This document shows positions 1 through 9,267 of a stretch of DNA of 47,989 nucleotides, in pieces (the stretch's first letter is position 1; each line of letters begins with the position of its first letter). The stretch lies in NCBI GenBank assembly GCA_938042355.1, contig CALIRD010000114.1:1-47989 (forward strand), given 5' to 3'. Below the pieces are notes generated by a model. That model was not told the DNA's origin. It searched no databases and saw only the letters and a list, made by a program, of their open reading frames with translations. This stretch comes from an uncultured Thiotrichales bacterium (GTDB lineage Bacteria > Pseudomonadota > Gammaproteobacteria > CAZUMV01). Position numbers and translations under genes: made by a program.

Positions 1-351
1 ACAGATGAGTACTGGCAGGCAATCAGCGGTCATGACAGTACACACTGTGTTAATTTCTTCAGTGGTCGAGGCATCTGCAATTTCACTTTCTGCCGCCAAC
101 TCGGCACGCACCACCTGTATGCCATGCACTTGTTGCAGCCAGACAGGTTCGGCAGGCAACTGAAGTGTCTGCCGCAGTAACTGGCGATTAGCTAGAACGT
201 GTTCGGGAGCATCTTCCACATGATCCGCGACATTAAAACTGTCAAAAGGCGGCAGACTTTCGCCGCTGTTGCGGGTGGTTACCACCGCTTTTACCGCGGC
301 GGGTGCGGGCCAGTCCGGCTCGATGAAATCGGGATGATTAGTCAGTGCCAT
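1..351 (-). CDS. pgeF: Peptidoglycan editing factor PgeF / YfiH family (5' part only, runs off window start)
   Basis: Not in the ORF track. Manual translation from ATG at 351 gives MALTNHPDFIEPDWPAPAAVKAVVTTRNSGES...FNVADHVED...WLQQVHG...VMTADCLPVLIC. The QVHG and ADCLPV motifs are typical of YfiH. Overlaps the rluD stop, the canonical rluD-pgeF arrangement. Confidence 0.93.
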   Translation of the reverse strand, partial: MALTNHPDFIEPDWPAPAAVKAVVTTRNSGESLPPFDSFNVADHVEDAPEHVLANRQLLRQTLQLPAEPVWLQQVHGIQVVRAELAAESEIADASTTEEINTVCTVMTADCLPVLIC

Positions 352-1291
352 GGGCACGAATGACTTCTAACAATTGTCGGTAATCTTCCGGAATCCCGGC
401 GGTCCAACTCATCTCTTGTTCGCTATCAGGATGGATGATGGTCAGCGTCTCGGCATGCAGCGCCTGGCGTTTGAAGGTTTTAAGTTTATCAACCAGCTCA
501 TCATTTGCGGCACGCGGTAATTTCAAACGACCGCCATACACCGGATCACCCACAATGGCATGATTGGCTTGCGCCATGTGTACCCTGATCTGATGGGTTC
601 GACCGGTTTCCAGCCTGACGCGTAACAGAGTGTAATCGATAAACCGTTCTTCGATACGATAGTGCGTGATGGCTTCTTTACCGGTCGGCACCACCGCCAT
701 CCTTTTGCGTTCCACTGGGTGCCTGCCAATCGGCTGATCGATGGTCGAGCCCGCAATCAACTCACCCGCGACCAGCGCCAGGTATTGACGACCAACTGTT
801 CGCGCTTGCAATGCCTCCACCAGCAACTTGTGACTTTTTAAAGTGCGCGCCACTACCATCAAACCACTGGTCTGCTTGTCGAGTCGATGCACGATTCCCG
901 CGCGGGGTAGTTGCTCCAAATCCGGGAAACGATGTAGCAAACCATTCAACAGGGTTCCCGACCAGTTACCCGCAGCAGGATGTACCACCAGGCCTGCCGG
1001 TTTATTCAGGACAATAATTGCCTCGTCTTCATAGACCACATCCAAATCAATAATTTCTGCCTCAAAATCACTAGATTCAGTAATTTCAGGTACCTCAAGC
1101 ACCACCTGCTCGCCCCCTTTGACCTTGTCTTTGGGCCGCCATTCACCTTCATCAATCCTGATTGCCCCGCTGAGTAACCAGCTTTTGAGTCGAGATCGTG
1201 AATAGTTCGGGAACAGTTGCGCCAGAGCGCTGTCCAAACGGGTGCCTCTCATCTCTGCGGGTATGACACTATTAAGAATTTCAGATGGCAT
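338..1291 (-). CDS. rluD: 23S rRNA pseudouridine(1911/1915/1917) synthase RluD
   Basis: N-terminal S4 domain (RLDSALAQLFPNYSRSRL), NKPAGLVVHP, catalytic HRLDKQTSG, GRTHQIRVH; divergent from bamD. Confidence 0.96.
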   Translation of the reverse strand: MPSEILNSVIPAEMRGTRLDSALAQLFPNYSRSRLKSWLLSGAIRIDEGEWRPKDKVKGGEQVVLEVPEITESSDFEAEIIDLDVVYEDEAIIVLNKPAGLVVHPAAGNWSGTLLNGLLHRFPDLEQLPRAGIVHRLDKQTSGLMVVARTLKSHKLLVEALQARTVGRQYLALVAGELIAGSTIDQPIGRHPVERKRMAVVPTGKEAITHYRIEERFIDYTLLRVRLETGRTHQIRVHMAQANHAIVGDPVYGGRLKLPRAANDELVDKLKTFKRQALHAETLTIIHPDSEQEMSWTAGIPEDYRQLLEVIRAHGTD

Positions 1292-1367
1292 GGAAGGCGA
1301 CTGTGGTTAACATCTAAGGTATTATACGCAGGCTGTAAATTGACATGCACGAACTGACGGAAATCTC

Positions 1368-2129
1368 ATGAAAAATGCGCTTCTTTTATCACTAATTCTC
1401 GCTCTAACCAGCGGTTGTAGCGTTTTTGGCAACAAAGATGATGATAAACCGGTCGCTGAGGTAGATACCAATGAACCGGCCGCTATTCTTTATAATGCCG
1501 GCAGAAAATCTCGGGATAACGGTAATTATGACAAAATGATCCGTATCTACGAGACGCTTGAGTCCCGTTATCCTTTTGGACCCTATGCTCAACAAGCCCG
1601 ACTGGAAAATGCCTACGGTCATTACAAACGTGGGCGGCATGAACTCGCCATTGAAACGCTGGATCAGTTTTTCAAGCTCTATCCGCGGCATGAAAACCTG
1701 GATTACGCCTATTACCTGCAAGGCCTGGCTAATTTTCACCAGCTGGAAAACTTTGTGGACAAATTTCTCGACCGCAACATCGCCTCAATGGACAGCTTGC
1801 CTATACAGGATTCCTTCAGTCAGTTTAAAACCCTGGTTGAAAATTATCCCGACAGTAAATACGCGCCGGATGCACGCCAACGCATGATCTATTTGCGTAA
1901 CCTGCTGGCTGACCACGAAATAGAAGTCGCACGTTTTTACGAAAGTCGTGGGGCCTATGCGGCGGTCGCCAAACGTGCAGCCTATGTCGTCGAGCATTAT
2001 CATAATGCGAACGCCACTCCACAGGCGTTGCTAATGCTGATCAACGCCTATGATGAGCTAGGCCTGCAAGCTTCAAAAGAAGAAACCCGGAAAGTGTTGG
2101 AAATGAATTTCCCAGAACTGGCAAAATAA
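1368..2129 (+). CDS. bamD: Outer membrane protein assembly lipoprotein BamD
   Basis: Lipobox LTSGC, TPR-like helices, RYPFGPYAQQA, YPDSKYAPDARQRM, LADHEIEVARFY; conserved divergent position next to rluD. Confidence 0.95.
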   Translation: MKNALLLSLILALTSGCSVFGNKDDDKPVAEVDTNEPAAILYNAGRKSRDNGNYDKMIRIYETLESRYPFGPYAQQARLENAYGHYKRGRHELAIETLDQFFKLYPRHENLDYAYYLQGLANFHQLENFVDKFLDRNIASMDSLPIQDSFSQFKTLVENYPDSKYAPDARQRMIYLRNLLADHEIEVARFYESRGAYAAVAKRAAYVVEHYHNANATPQALLMLINAYDELGLQASKEETRKVLEMNFPELAK

Positions 2130-2156
2130 CTGCGGCGCGGTTAGTTTGATCAATTC

Positions 2157-3449
2157 ATGAAAGTACACCTCAAAGCGCTTGGCTGTCGCTTGAATGAGGC
2201 GGAGCTGGAACAATGGTCCATTGCCTTTCAGGCCGATGGCCATACCGTCACCAATACCGCCATCGATGCCGACTTAATGGTACTTAACACCTGCGCCGTC
2301 ACCAATGATGCCTCCCGTAAATCCCGTAATCTGATTAACCGACTGCATCGGGAAAACTCAACAGCCAAACTCGTGATAACCGGCTGCCATGCATCATTAA
2401 ACCCGGATCAAGTCGCTGACACTCATGGTGTTGATCTGGTGGTCAGCAATGATAAAAAATCCAGTTTGCCTGAAATTATCAATACCCAGCTGATGCCGGA
2501 CACCATGCCTTTACGTGCCACCAACCCGGATGATATTGCTCTGTATAATCGTCATCGACAGCGTGCCTTTATTAAAGTGCAGGATGGCTGTCGTTACCGC
2601 TGCGCTTTTTGTATTGTGACGCACGCGCGCGGCAATGAAATCAGCCGAACGGTTGATGACATTATTAACGAACTCAACTTTTTGCACACGCAAGGCGTAC
2701 AGGAAGCGGTACTTACAGGCGTACATGTTGGCGGCTATGGAAGCGATCTTGACTCCAGTCTGTATCAACTGGTTGAAACCATTCTTGCCGATACAGAGAT
2801 ACCACGCATACGCTTTGCTTCGGTCGAGCCGTGGGATCTGGGCGATCAATTTTTTGATTTATTCAGTAACCCGCGTTTGATGCCACATATGCACCTGCCA
2901 TTACAGAGTGGCAGTAACACCGTGCTCAAACGTATGTCGCGCCGCTGTAAAACCGAAGACTTTGCGCAACTGGTTAATCAGGCACGCAATGCTATTTCCG
3001 GTTTTAATATCACTAGCGACATCATTGCCGGCTTTCCTGGTGAAACAGAACAGGAGTGGCAACAAACCATGGAGTTTGTCGAGCAAACCGGGTTTGGGCA
3101 CATTCATATCTTTCCCTACTCTCCACGCTCCGGCACCAAAGCAGCCAACATGCCGGAGCAAGTTGAGCTGGAAATAAAACGTGCACGCTGTAAACAACTG
3201 GCTGAGTTGGCCGAACGCCTCAAATCAAATGTGCTTGAACAAACGCTGGGTAACACAACAGAGGTACTGTGGGAAAGCCCGAAACAGTCGCCACTAAAAG
3301 ACCACCAGCGCTATCACGGCTACACCAATAATTTTTTACGGGCACAAATTGATGTTCCTGATAATAATGATCTAAGCTCCAGCATTACTCCTGTCAAAAT
3401 TACTGCTATTGACCGGGAAAATTCTTTCTTGAAAGTTGAATTACAATAA
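2157..3449 (+). CDS. mtaB: tRNA methylthiotransferase, MtaB-like radical SAM enzyme
   Basis: UPF0004 cysteines (LGCRLN, NTCAVT, ITGC), radical SAM CxxxCxxC (QDGCRYRCAFC), HLPLQSG, FPYSPRSGTKAA. GCRLN and QDGC fit MtaB better than MiaB or RimO. Confidence 0.82.
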   Translation: MKVHLKALGCRLNEAELEQWSIAFQADGHTVTNTAIDADLMVLNTCAVTNDASRKSRNLINRLHRENSTAKLVITGCHASLNPDQVADTHGVDLVVSNDKKSSLPEIINTQLMPDTMPLRATNPDDIALYNRHRQRAFIKVQDGCRYRCAFCIVTHARGNEISRTVDDIINELNFLHTQGVQEAVLTGVHVGGYGSDLDSSLYQLVETILADTEIPRIRFASVEPWDLGDQFFDLFSNPRLMPHMHLPLQSGSNTVLKRMSRRCKTEDFAQLVNQARNAISGFNITSDIIAGFPGETEQEWQQTMEFVEQTGFGHIHIFPYSPRSGTKAANMPEQVELEIKRARCKQLAELAERLKSNVLEQTLGNTTEVLWESPKQSPLKDHQRYHGYTNNFLRAQIDVPDNNDLSSSITPVKITAIDRENSFLKVELQ

Positions 3450-3940
3450 TGACTTCACTGGAAGATCAACTCAATCTTGCCGCTGAAAAGCTAGTCACAA
3501 CATTGGCCAGACTCGAGCTGATGCTGGCTACGGCAGAATCCTGTACCGGAGGCTTGCTTGGAAAAGTAATCACCGATGTCTCTGGCAGCTCGGCTGTTTA
3601 TGAGCGAGGTTTTATCACTTATGCCAATCAAGCAAAAATTGAAATGCTTGGCGTTGAACGCAACCAGTTACTACAACATGGTGCGGTCAGTGAAGAAGTC
3701 GCTGCTGCTATGGCTAGTGGAGCAATCCAACATTCCGGGGCGAACGTTGCCTTCAGCACGACGGGTATCGCCGGCCCCGGTGGTGGTACAGTAGAAAAAC
3801 CGGTTGGCACTGTCTGTTTTGGCTGGCAGGTAAGTGACAAGTTGAATACGAGTACACAACACTTCGACGGCAACCGGGATGAAGTACGACATCGGGCATG
3901 TATTTACCTTATTGAACAAACACTTGGCGCACTTGAGTAA
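3449..3940 (+). CDS. pncC: CinA C-terminal domain protein / NMN amidohydrolase PncC
   Basis: ATAESCTGG, GAVSEEVA, STTGIAGPGGG, KPVGTVCFG; start overlaps the mtaB stop (TAATG). Confidence 0.88.
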   Translation: MTSLEDQLNLAAEKLVTTLARLELMLATAESCTGGLLGKVITDVSGSSAVYERGFITYANQAKIEMLGVERNQLLQHGAVSEEVAAAMASGAIQHSGANVAFSTTGIAGPGGGTVEKPVGTVCFGWQVSDKLNTSTQHFDGNRDEVRHRACIYLIEQTLGALE

Positions 3941-4053
3941 TTGGAACATATTGTTACAACAGTAGTTAAATCGCGCCGCTTGATTTACACTTGGCATGAA
4001 ACTAATCGCTTCCAGAGAAAACAAAGAAGCTTTACACAGAGGTAGTCATTACA

Positions 4054-4296
4054 TTGCAAGACGACAAGGGAATCTTTGCTGAATACGAAGGCGGTGAGAA
4101 TGTCATGCACATCGCCGGCTCAAAGAAATTGCTACTTGAGCGTACTCATAGTGAAAACTCCTTTCACACTCTGGCTACTATTCGTAAAAAGTCAAAGCGC
4201 AATAAACGCACATCCTGGTTACTATTGACACTGTATTTGATGGCCGGCCTGTTTATTGGCGCCGAAATTTACCTTTACCTCATCAAACCTGGCTAG
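4054..4296 (+). CDS. Small hypothetical membrane protein (start uncertain: TTG 4054 or ATG 4105)
   Basis: Fills the gap between pncC and the methyltransferase. Basic stretch RKKSKRNKR followed by one C-terminal hydrophobic helix. Confidence 0.45.
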   Translation: MQDDKGIFAEYEGGENVMHIAGSKKLLLERTHSENSFHTLATIRKKSKRNKRTSWLLLTLYLMAGLFIGAEIYLYLIKPG

Positions 4297-4306
4297 ACAC
4301 AGCCCA

Positions 4307-4918
4307 TCAGGTTACCGGCTTGGTTGCCCTGATCGTTTTTACCACATCCAGAAATATATGATTGACCTCGGTGATGTCGAAGCCGGCCGCTCTGACGTTA
4401 TCTACCGTGGGTCGATTCATATCCGGTCCAATTCTTCTCGACACTAACGTCATCAGATCCATCATCAACTTGAACGGATAGTAGCGACTACCAGTATGCT
4501 CAAACATCAATAGCTCACCACCCGGCTTGAGCACGCGCTTTAACGACTTCAAACCATTGACCGGATCAGGCACAGAGCAAAACGTGCACGAGGTGAAAAT
4601 TTGATCAAAACTATTATCTTCAAAATCCAGATTATGCACATCCATAACTGATACGTTAATCTCACCATCGTAATTAGCTACACGATCTCGTGCCTGCTCA
4701 AGCATTGCGGGGCTGATATCAATCGCCTGAATCGTTTGCCCTGTTGGAAAAAAAGGAATATCCAGACCGGTACCCAATGCCAGAAACAAAACATTGCCCT
4801 GCATGGTTGAAAATAATTCTCGCTTGAAAGGCTCCCAGCGTTCTTCTGCACCCTTACCCGCCATCAGGTCAAATGTCGGTGCTGCTTTATCCCATTTTTT
4901 TTGCGTTGCCAAATCCAT
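4307..4918 (-). CDS. Class I SAM-dependent methyltransferase
   Basis: Start reassigned to ATG 4918 (MDLATQKKWD), coupled TAATG to the upstream gene. Motif I LFLALGTG, AIDISPAML, FEDNSFD, FCSVPDP, RVLKPGG. Confidence 0.85.
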   Translation of the reverse strand: MDLATQKKWDKAAPTFDLMAGKGAEERWEPFKRELFSTMQGNVLFLALGTGLDIPFFPTGQTIQAIDISPAMLEQARDRVANYDGEINVSVMDVHNLDFEDNSFDQIFTSCTFCSVPDPVNGLKSLKRVLKPGGELLMFEHTGSRYYPFKLMMDLMTLVSRRIGPDMNRPTVDNVRAAGFDITEVNHIFLDVVKTIRATKPVT

Positions 4919-5301
4919 TAGTACTTCACCATCGCTTGTATGCCGCGAATTCTGGTGTTGAGAAACCACACCAATACAATACTGATCAAGCCGGTCGTGC
5001 CACCCGCACCAATCGCTTGAGCTAATGTGATTGGTTGCATAGCCGCCCACATACCCACTACCATGCCACTCAGCATGCCGCTGAGTTTCATCGGCAACAT
5101 CACTTCCATCGCACCAAACAGAATACCGGCAGGTAGTGCAAACAACATGGCCAGCACCATACCAACGAACATCATCAACCACATCGCAAACAACATGTTC
5201 CAGTTGGTACTCACCAGCCAATAACTCACCAAAGCCACCAGTAATGCGATAGCCACATTGACCAGCACATCGCCCACTACAAAATAAATTCTCTGATCCA
5301 T
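4918..5301 (-). CDS. Met-rich integral membrane protein of unknown function
   Basis: 127 aa, about four hydrophobic segments, 15 Met including a GMxxGMxxGM run; SD-like AGAGAAAGG upstream. Confidence 0.7.
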   Translation of the reverse strand: MDQRIYFVVGDVLVNVAIALLVALVSYWLVSTNWNMLFAMWLMMFVGMVLAMLFALPAGILFGAMEVMLPMKLSGMLSGMVVGMWAAMQPITLAQAIGAGGTTGLISIVLVWFLNTRIRGIQAMVKY

Positions 5302-5313
5302 CAGCCTTTCTCT

Positions 5314-5997
5314 TTATCCTCTCGGTGCACGCCAGCCCGCAGAAATCGCTTCCTGCTCTGTACAAAACCACTTTTCACCACGCTTTTCATTAATGCGTGT
5401 GTCGGCATAATTCCTGCTGGAACCTGGTATGTGATAAATCCGATCACCTTTTCGATTGATATTGCCTTTGATCAGACATCCATCAGTACGTTTTTCCGGT
5501 ACAGAATCCGAGACCACTCTGCCTGCAGCTCTGAAAGAATCGGGTCGTACAAATTCACCTTGCCACAATCCTTTTTTGTTCAACCTCGCCATACGCTGTG
5601 CGGAAACAAATTGCACATCATACTTTTCAAAAGCAACGGCCCAACCTTGAGCCACCAGATACTGATTGAGATTAACCCCCCCACGGAAACAAATCGCGAG
5701 CGTACGATGATAGGAATCGATGCCTGTCACCTCACAACGCACGGATTTAGCCAGAATCATCTCGCGCAATACACCGGCTGCGTATTGTCCGCAAGGGTAA
5801 GCCTGACCACTTCGATCCAGACAATCCTGTCCAAGTTCGGGCGCATCAATACCCTGTAGACGAATTGAGGTATTTGCAATAGTGATTGAATCGGCATCCT
5901 GAACTTTTTTCACCACACCATTGATCACTGCAGTTTCTGCCACTGCGCCAGATGCAATCAGCATCATGATAGTGCTTAACACTGCCCGGATATTCAT
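5314..5997 (-). CDS. Secreted thermonuclease (SNase-like) with C-terminal ExoI-like small domain
   Basis: Signal peptide, DADSI, IRLQGIDAPE, DSYHRTLA, LVAQGWA; C-terminal CLIKGNI...IYHIPG...WFCTEQEAISAGWR. Confidence 0.85.
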   Translation of the reverse strand: MNIRAVLSTIMMLIASGAVAETAVINGVVKKVQDADSITIANTSIRLQGIDAPELGQDCLDRSGQAYPCGQYAAGVLREMILAKSVRCEVTGIDSYHRTLAICFRGGVNLNQYLVAQGWAVAFEKYDVQFVSAQRMARLNKKGLWQGEFVRPDSFRAAGRVVSDSVPEKRTDGCLIKGNINRKGDRIYHIPGSSRNYADTRINEKRGEKWFCTEQEAISAGWRAPRG

Positions 5998-6140
5998 CCT
6001 GTTGAAGCTACTCCCTGCTGTATAAATTCAGTGTAGTCAATGAATCCTTAATGATCCAGTATTCAATATTGATCAAGCATAGACACTCAAGGTTACTTAC
6101 TTTACTGTCTACCCATAATAACAACAATCAGGATATATCA

Positions 6141-7631
6141 ATGCAAATCGGCGCCTATCTATCCCTCACTCTGTATTTACTGGCCATGCTCGGCATCGGC
6201 TACTATTCCTATAAAAACACCAATGCTGATGTCTCCGGATTTATGCTCGGAGGCAGGCAACTAAGTCCTGCTGTGACCGCCTTGTCAGCCGGCGCATCCG
6301 ATATGAGTGGCTGGATGTTAATGGGCTTACCCGGTGCCTTGTACCTCAGCGGGTTGAGCAGTGCCTGGATCGGAATAGGCCTGGTAATTGGTGCCTATTT
6401 CAATTACTTATTAGTCGCGCCACGTCTGCGAGTCTATACCGAAATTGCCTCCGACTCGGTGACCATACCCGAATATTTTGAACGACGTTTTGAAGATCAC
6501 CAACACTTGCTGCGTATCATCTGTTCTGTTGTGATAATTGTCTTCTTTGCTATCTATACTACGTCCGGCATTGTCGCCGGCGGCAAACTATTTGAAACAT
6601 CTTTTGGATTAAGTTATCAGACCGGGCTGCTTGTCACCGCCGGGGTAGTTGTCGCCTATAGTGCGTTCGGAGGTTTTCTGGCGGTCAGCACCACCGATTT
6701 TGTGCAAGGTTGCATCATGTTTATTGCATTGATACTGGTACCACTAGTCACGATCACTGAAGTAGGCGGGATCTCTAATACTGTCAGTACCATCAAAAGC
6801 ATTGACCCGGCCTTGCTCAGTCTCGGCGGTGGTACCACCCTGGGTGTAATCTCTGCCATGGCCTGGGGTCTGGGTTATTTCGGACAACCACATATCATTG
6901 TGCGCTTTATGGCAATCCGCTCGGTGGATGAAGTCAAAACAGCACGTCGCATTGGCATGAGCTGGATGATCGTAACGTTGATTGGTGCGTGTGCAGTCGG
7001 CCTGGCTGGCCTGGCCTTCATTACGGCCAATGATTTAGCGCTGCGAGACCCGGAAACTATTTTTATTGTTCTTTCAACCACACTCTTTCACCCACTGATT
7101 GCCGGCTTCCTACTAGCCGCCATTCTGGCTGCGATTATGAGTACTATCTCATCGCAGTTATTGGTCACCTCCAGTTCATTAACAGAAGATATTTATCACA
7201 CCCTGCTGAATAAGAAGGCGAGTGAAAAACAACTGGTCTTAACTGGTCGCTTGTCGATCGTGGCCGTTGCGGTGCTGGCGATCTTGCTGGCACAAAACAG
7301 GGATAACAGCATTCTGTCTCTGGTCAGTAATGCATGGGCCGGGTTTGGCGCAGCCTTTGGACCGGTAGTCCTGTTCAGTCTGTTCTGGAAAGAGATGACA
7401 CGTGCCGGCGCGCTGGCCGGTATTCTCACCGGGGCTGGCACGGTTTTGATCTGGGTCTATGCGCCGTTACAAATCAATGGCAATTCGCTGAGCGATTATC
7501 TCTATGAAATCGTCCCGGGCGTTATTCTTGCAGCGCTGGCTATTTATATTGTGAGCAAATGTAGTCGTCCGGCCTCTGAAAAAATGCGTTCACAGTTTGA
7601 TCAAATGGTCCAAAAAGTAAGGCACACATAG
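6141..7631 (+). CDS. putP: Sodium/proline symporter PutP
   Basis: Start reassigned to ATG 6141 (AGGA SD). ALSAGASDMSGWMLMGLPG, WGLGYFGQPHIIVRFMAI, AAIMSTISSQLLV, AWAGFGAAFGP. Confidence 0.9.
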   Translation: MQIGAYLSLTLYLLAMLGIGYYSYKNTNADVSGFMLGGRQLSPAVTALSAGASDMSGWMLMGLPGALYLSGLSSAWIGIGLVIGAYFNYLLVAPRLRVYTEIASDSVTIPEYFERRFEDHQHLLRIICSVVIIVFFAIYTTSGIVAGGKLFETSFGLSYQTGLLVTAGVVVAYSAFGGFLAVSTTDFVQGCIMFIALILVPLVTITEVGGISNTVSTIKSIDPALLSLGGGTTLGVISAMAWGLGYFGQPHIIVRFMAIRSVDEVKTARRIGMSWMIVTLIGACAVGLAGLAFITANDLALRDPETIFIVLSTTLFHPLIAGFLLAAILAAIMSTISSQLLVTSSSLTEDIYHTLLNKKASEKQLVLTGRLSIVAVAVLAILLAQNRDNSILSLVSNAWAGFGAAFGPVVLFSLFWKEMTRAGALAGILTGAGTVLIWVYAPLQINGNSLSDYLYEIVPGVILAALAIYIVSKCSRPASEKMRSQFDQMVQKVRHT

Positions 7632-7690
7632 TAATCTGTTAGTGATCATCCAAATGATGCCTTCAGGCTGAGCAATAGATAATGTATCAT

Positions 7691-7708
7691 TGGTATAACA
7701 TTATATCA
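7691..7708. promoter_or_regulatory. Imperfect 18-bp palindrome upstream of the VOC operon (putative operator)
   Basis: TGGTATAA-CA-TTATATCA (7 of 8 arm positions pair), with TATCATT direct repeats at 7685-7691 and 7704-7710. Confidence 0.4.
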
Positions 7709-7730
7709 TTTGCACTGGATCGAGATCATT

Positions 7731-8219
7731 ATGAGTGAGAAAAAAGTACCTACCGACTTTCGTCGCGTGACGATGATGGTCAATGAAATGGATACGCCAC
7801 TGAAGCTATACAAAGATATCCTGGGGATGGAGGTCTATTATGATCAGGAAATCATTGTCAGTGGCAAAGGCTTACCGGCCGGAGAACCTGATTCGAAAAC
7901 TCGTCTGGTATTACTGCAGTGCAACGATCCCTATATAGGTATGTTGGGCATACTGCAATATATAGACCCTCCCTTGCCCGCACCACTACCACGCCCCGAG
8001 CCTAATAGAGTCCGTGCAGGCGAAATAGTATTTGTAATGCACAATGATGATGTCGAGGGCGTATACCAGCAATTACTCGAGGTTGAAGGAATTGAAATGG
8101 TCAGCGAACCTCACATAAGCGAGTACCCGAAAGATGGAGGTGGCGTATTCAGAGTGTTGGGTATCAGCTTTTTTGATCCCAACGGCTATTTCATAGAACT
8201 CAACCAGTCTCTTAACTAG
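7731..8219 (+). CDS. VOC (glyoxalase/bleomycin resistance) family protein
   Basis: FRRVTMMV...LYKDILGMEV at the N-terminus, FFDPNGYFIELNQ at the C-terminus; ATG 7731 preferred over TTG 7710. Confidence 0.8.
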   Translation: MSEKKVPTDFRRVTMMVNEMDTPLKLYKDILGMEVYYDQEIIVSGKGLPAGEPDSKTRLVLLQCNDPYIGMLGILQYIDPPLPAPLPRPEPNRVRAGEIVFVMHNDDVEGVYQQLLEVEGIEMVSEPHISEYPKDGGGVFRVLGISFFDPNGYFIELNQSLN

Positions 8220-8226
8220 CTCGTCG

Positions 8227-9246
8227 ATGCAGGATGATAAAAATTGCCAATGGCGCATAGCAGCCAGACCTGAGGGCAATGTAAAGCCAAGCGATTTTTC
8301 CTATACCGAAGAACCTGTACCGTCCCCTGGCGACGGCGAATTTTTGGCAAAAACCCTGTATCTCGGACTGGCACCTGTCATGCGTATGTACATGGCGGGC
8401 ACAGCGCGCACCGGTGACAGTCAGCTCAACATCGGCGATATAATTCATGGCCGCGGTACCGCTGTAATCATTGAATCCAACCACCCGGACTATGCTGTAG
8501 GTGAGGTGGTACAAGGTCAAATGGGTTGGCAAACTTACAAAATCAGCGCCGCTAGCAGCCAGGAAAAATTCTTTAAGTGTACTGATTACAACCTGCCCTG
8601 GAGCCTGTGCGCTGGCGTGTTAGGTATGACCGGCTTAAGTGCCTGGGCAGGGATGATCGACATCGGTAAACCACAAGCAGGAGAACGGGTCGTGATCTCA
8701 GGTGCCGCAGGAGGAGTGGGCTCAATGGTCGTGCAAATGGCCAAACTGTATGGCTGTGAAGTTATCGGTATTGCCGGTGGCGAGAGCAAGTGTAACTTCA
8801 TTAAAGAACTGGGCTGCGATCACACTATTGACTACAAACACGACGATGTAGCCGAATGTATTGCAGAACTTTGTCCGAATGGAATAGATCTATACTTTGA
8901 CAATGTTGGTGGAGAAATTCTGTCAGCCTGCCTGGAAAATCTCGCCATGCACGCGCGCATTGTTTTATGTGGCTCAATCTCGGAATACACACGAGACACT
9001 CCTTTTGGTCTTGAAAACTATACTCGCTTACGCGCAACCAACTCCAGCATGACTGGCTTCTTTGTCTACAATCACATACATCAATGGTATCAAGCTATGG
9101 ACCAAATCGCTGGCTGGATACAGGACGAGAAAATACGCCCGGTACAAGACATGATTGAAGGCTTTGAAAATATGCCTGCTGCGCTGGCTCGTTTATACGA
9201 CGGTAGTAATGTCGGTGTGCAATGTTGTCAGGTACGAGAATATTAA
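8227..9246 (+). CDS. NADP-dependent oxidoreductase, prostaglandin reductase/CurA-like MDR
   Basis: AARPEG, LGMTGLSAWAG, ISGAAGGVGS, GIDLYFDNVGG, LCGSISEY, EGFENMPAA. Confidence 0.88.
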   Translation: MQDDKNCQWRIAARPEGNVKPSDFSYTEEPVPSPGDGEFLAKTLYLGLAPVMRMYMAGTARTGDSQLNIGDIIHGRGTAVIIESNHPDYAVGEVVQGQMGWQTYKISAASSQEKFFKCTDYNLPWSLCAGVLGMTGLSAWAGMIDIGKPQAGERVVISGAAGGVGSMVVQMAKLYGCEVIGIAGGESKCNFIKELGCDHTIDYKHDDVAECIAELCPNGIDLYFDNVGGEILSACLENLAMHARIVLCGSISEYTRDTPFGLENYTRLRATNSSMTGFFVYNHIHQWYQAMDQIAGWIQDEKIRPVQDMIEGFENMPAALARLYDGSNVGVQCCQVREY

Positions 9247-9267
9247 TACTTAACTTACAGGTGATTT

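Noticed and set aside
3992-4011. Sigma54 promoter upstream of the small ORF (TGGCATGAAACTAATCGCT)
   Set aside because: The GG to GC spacing is longer than the required 10 nt.
4919-5371. N-terminal 150-aa extension of the 354-aa ORF 4307..5371
   Set aside because: It is an alternative frame over the Met-rich membrane gene and the end of the nuclease. The methyltransferase domain starts at ATG 4918 with TAATG coupling.
6051-6140. Longer putP start at 6051
   Set aside because: The extension has no family-like sequence; ATG 6141 has an SD and matches typical PutP length.
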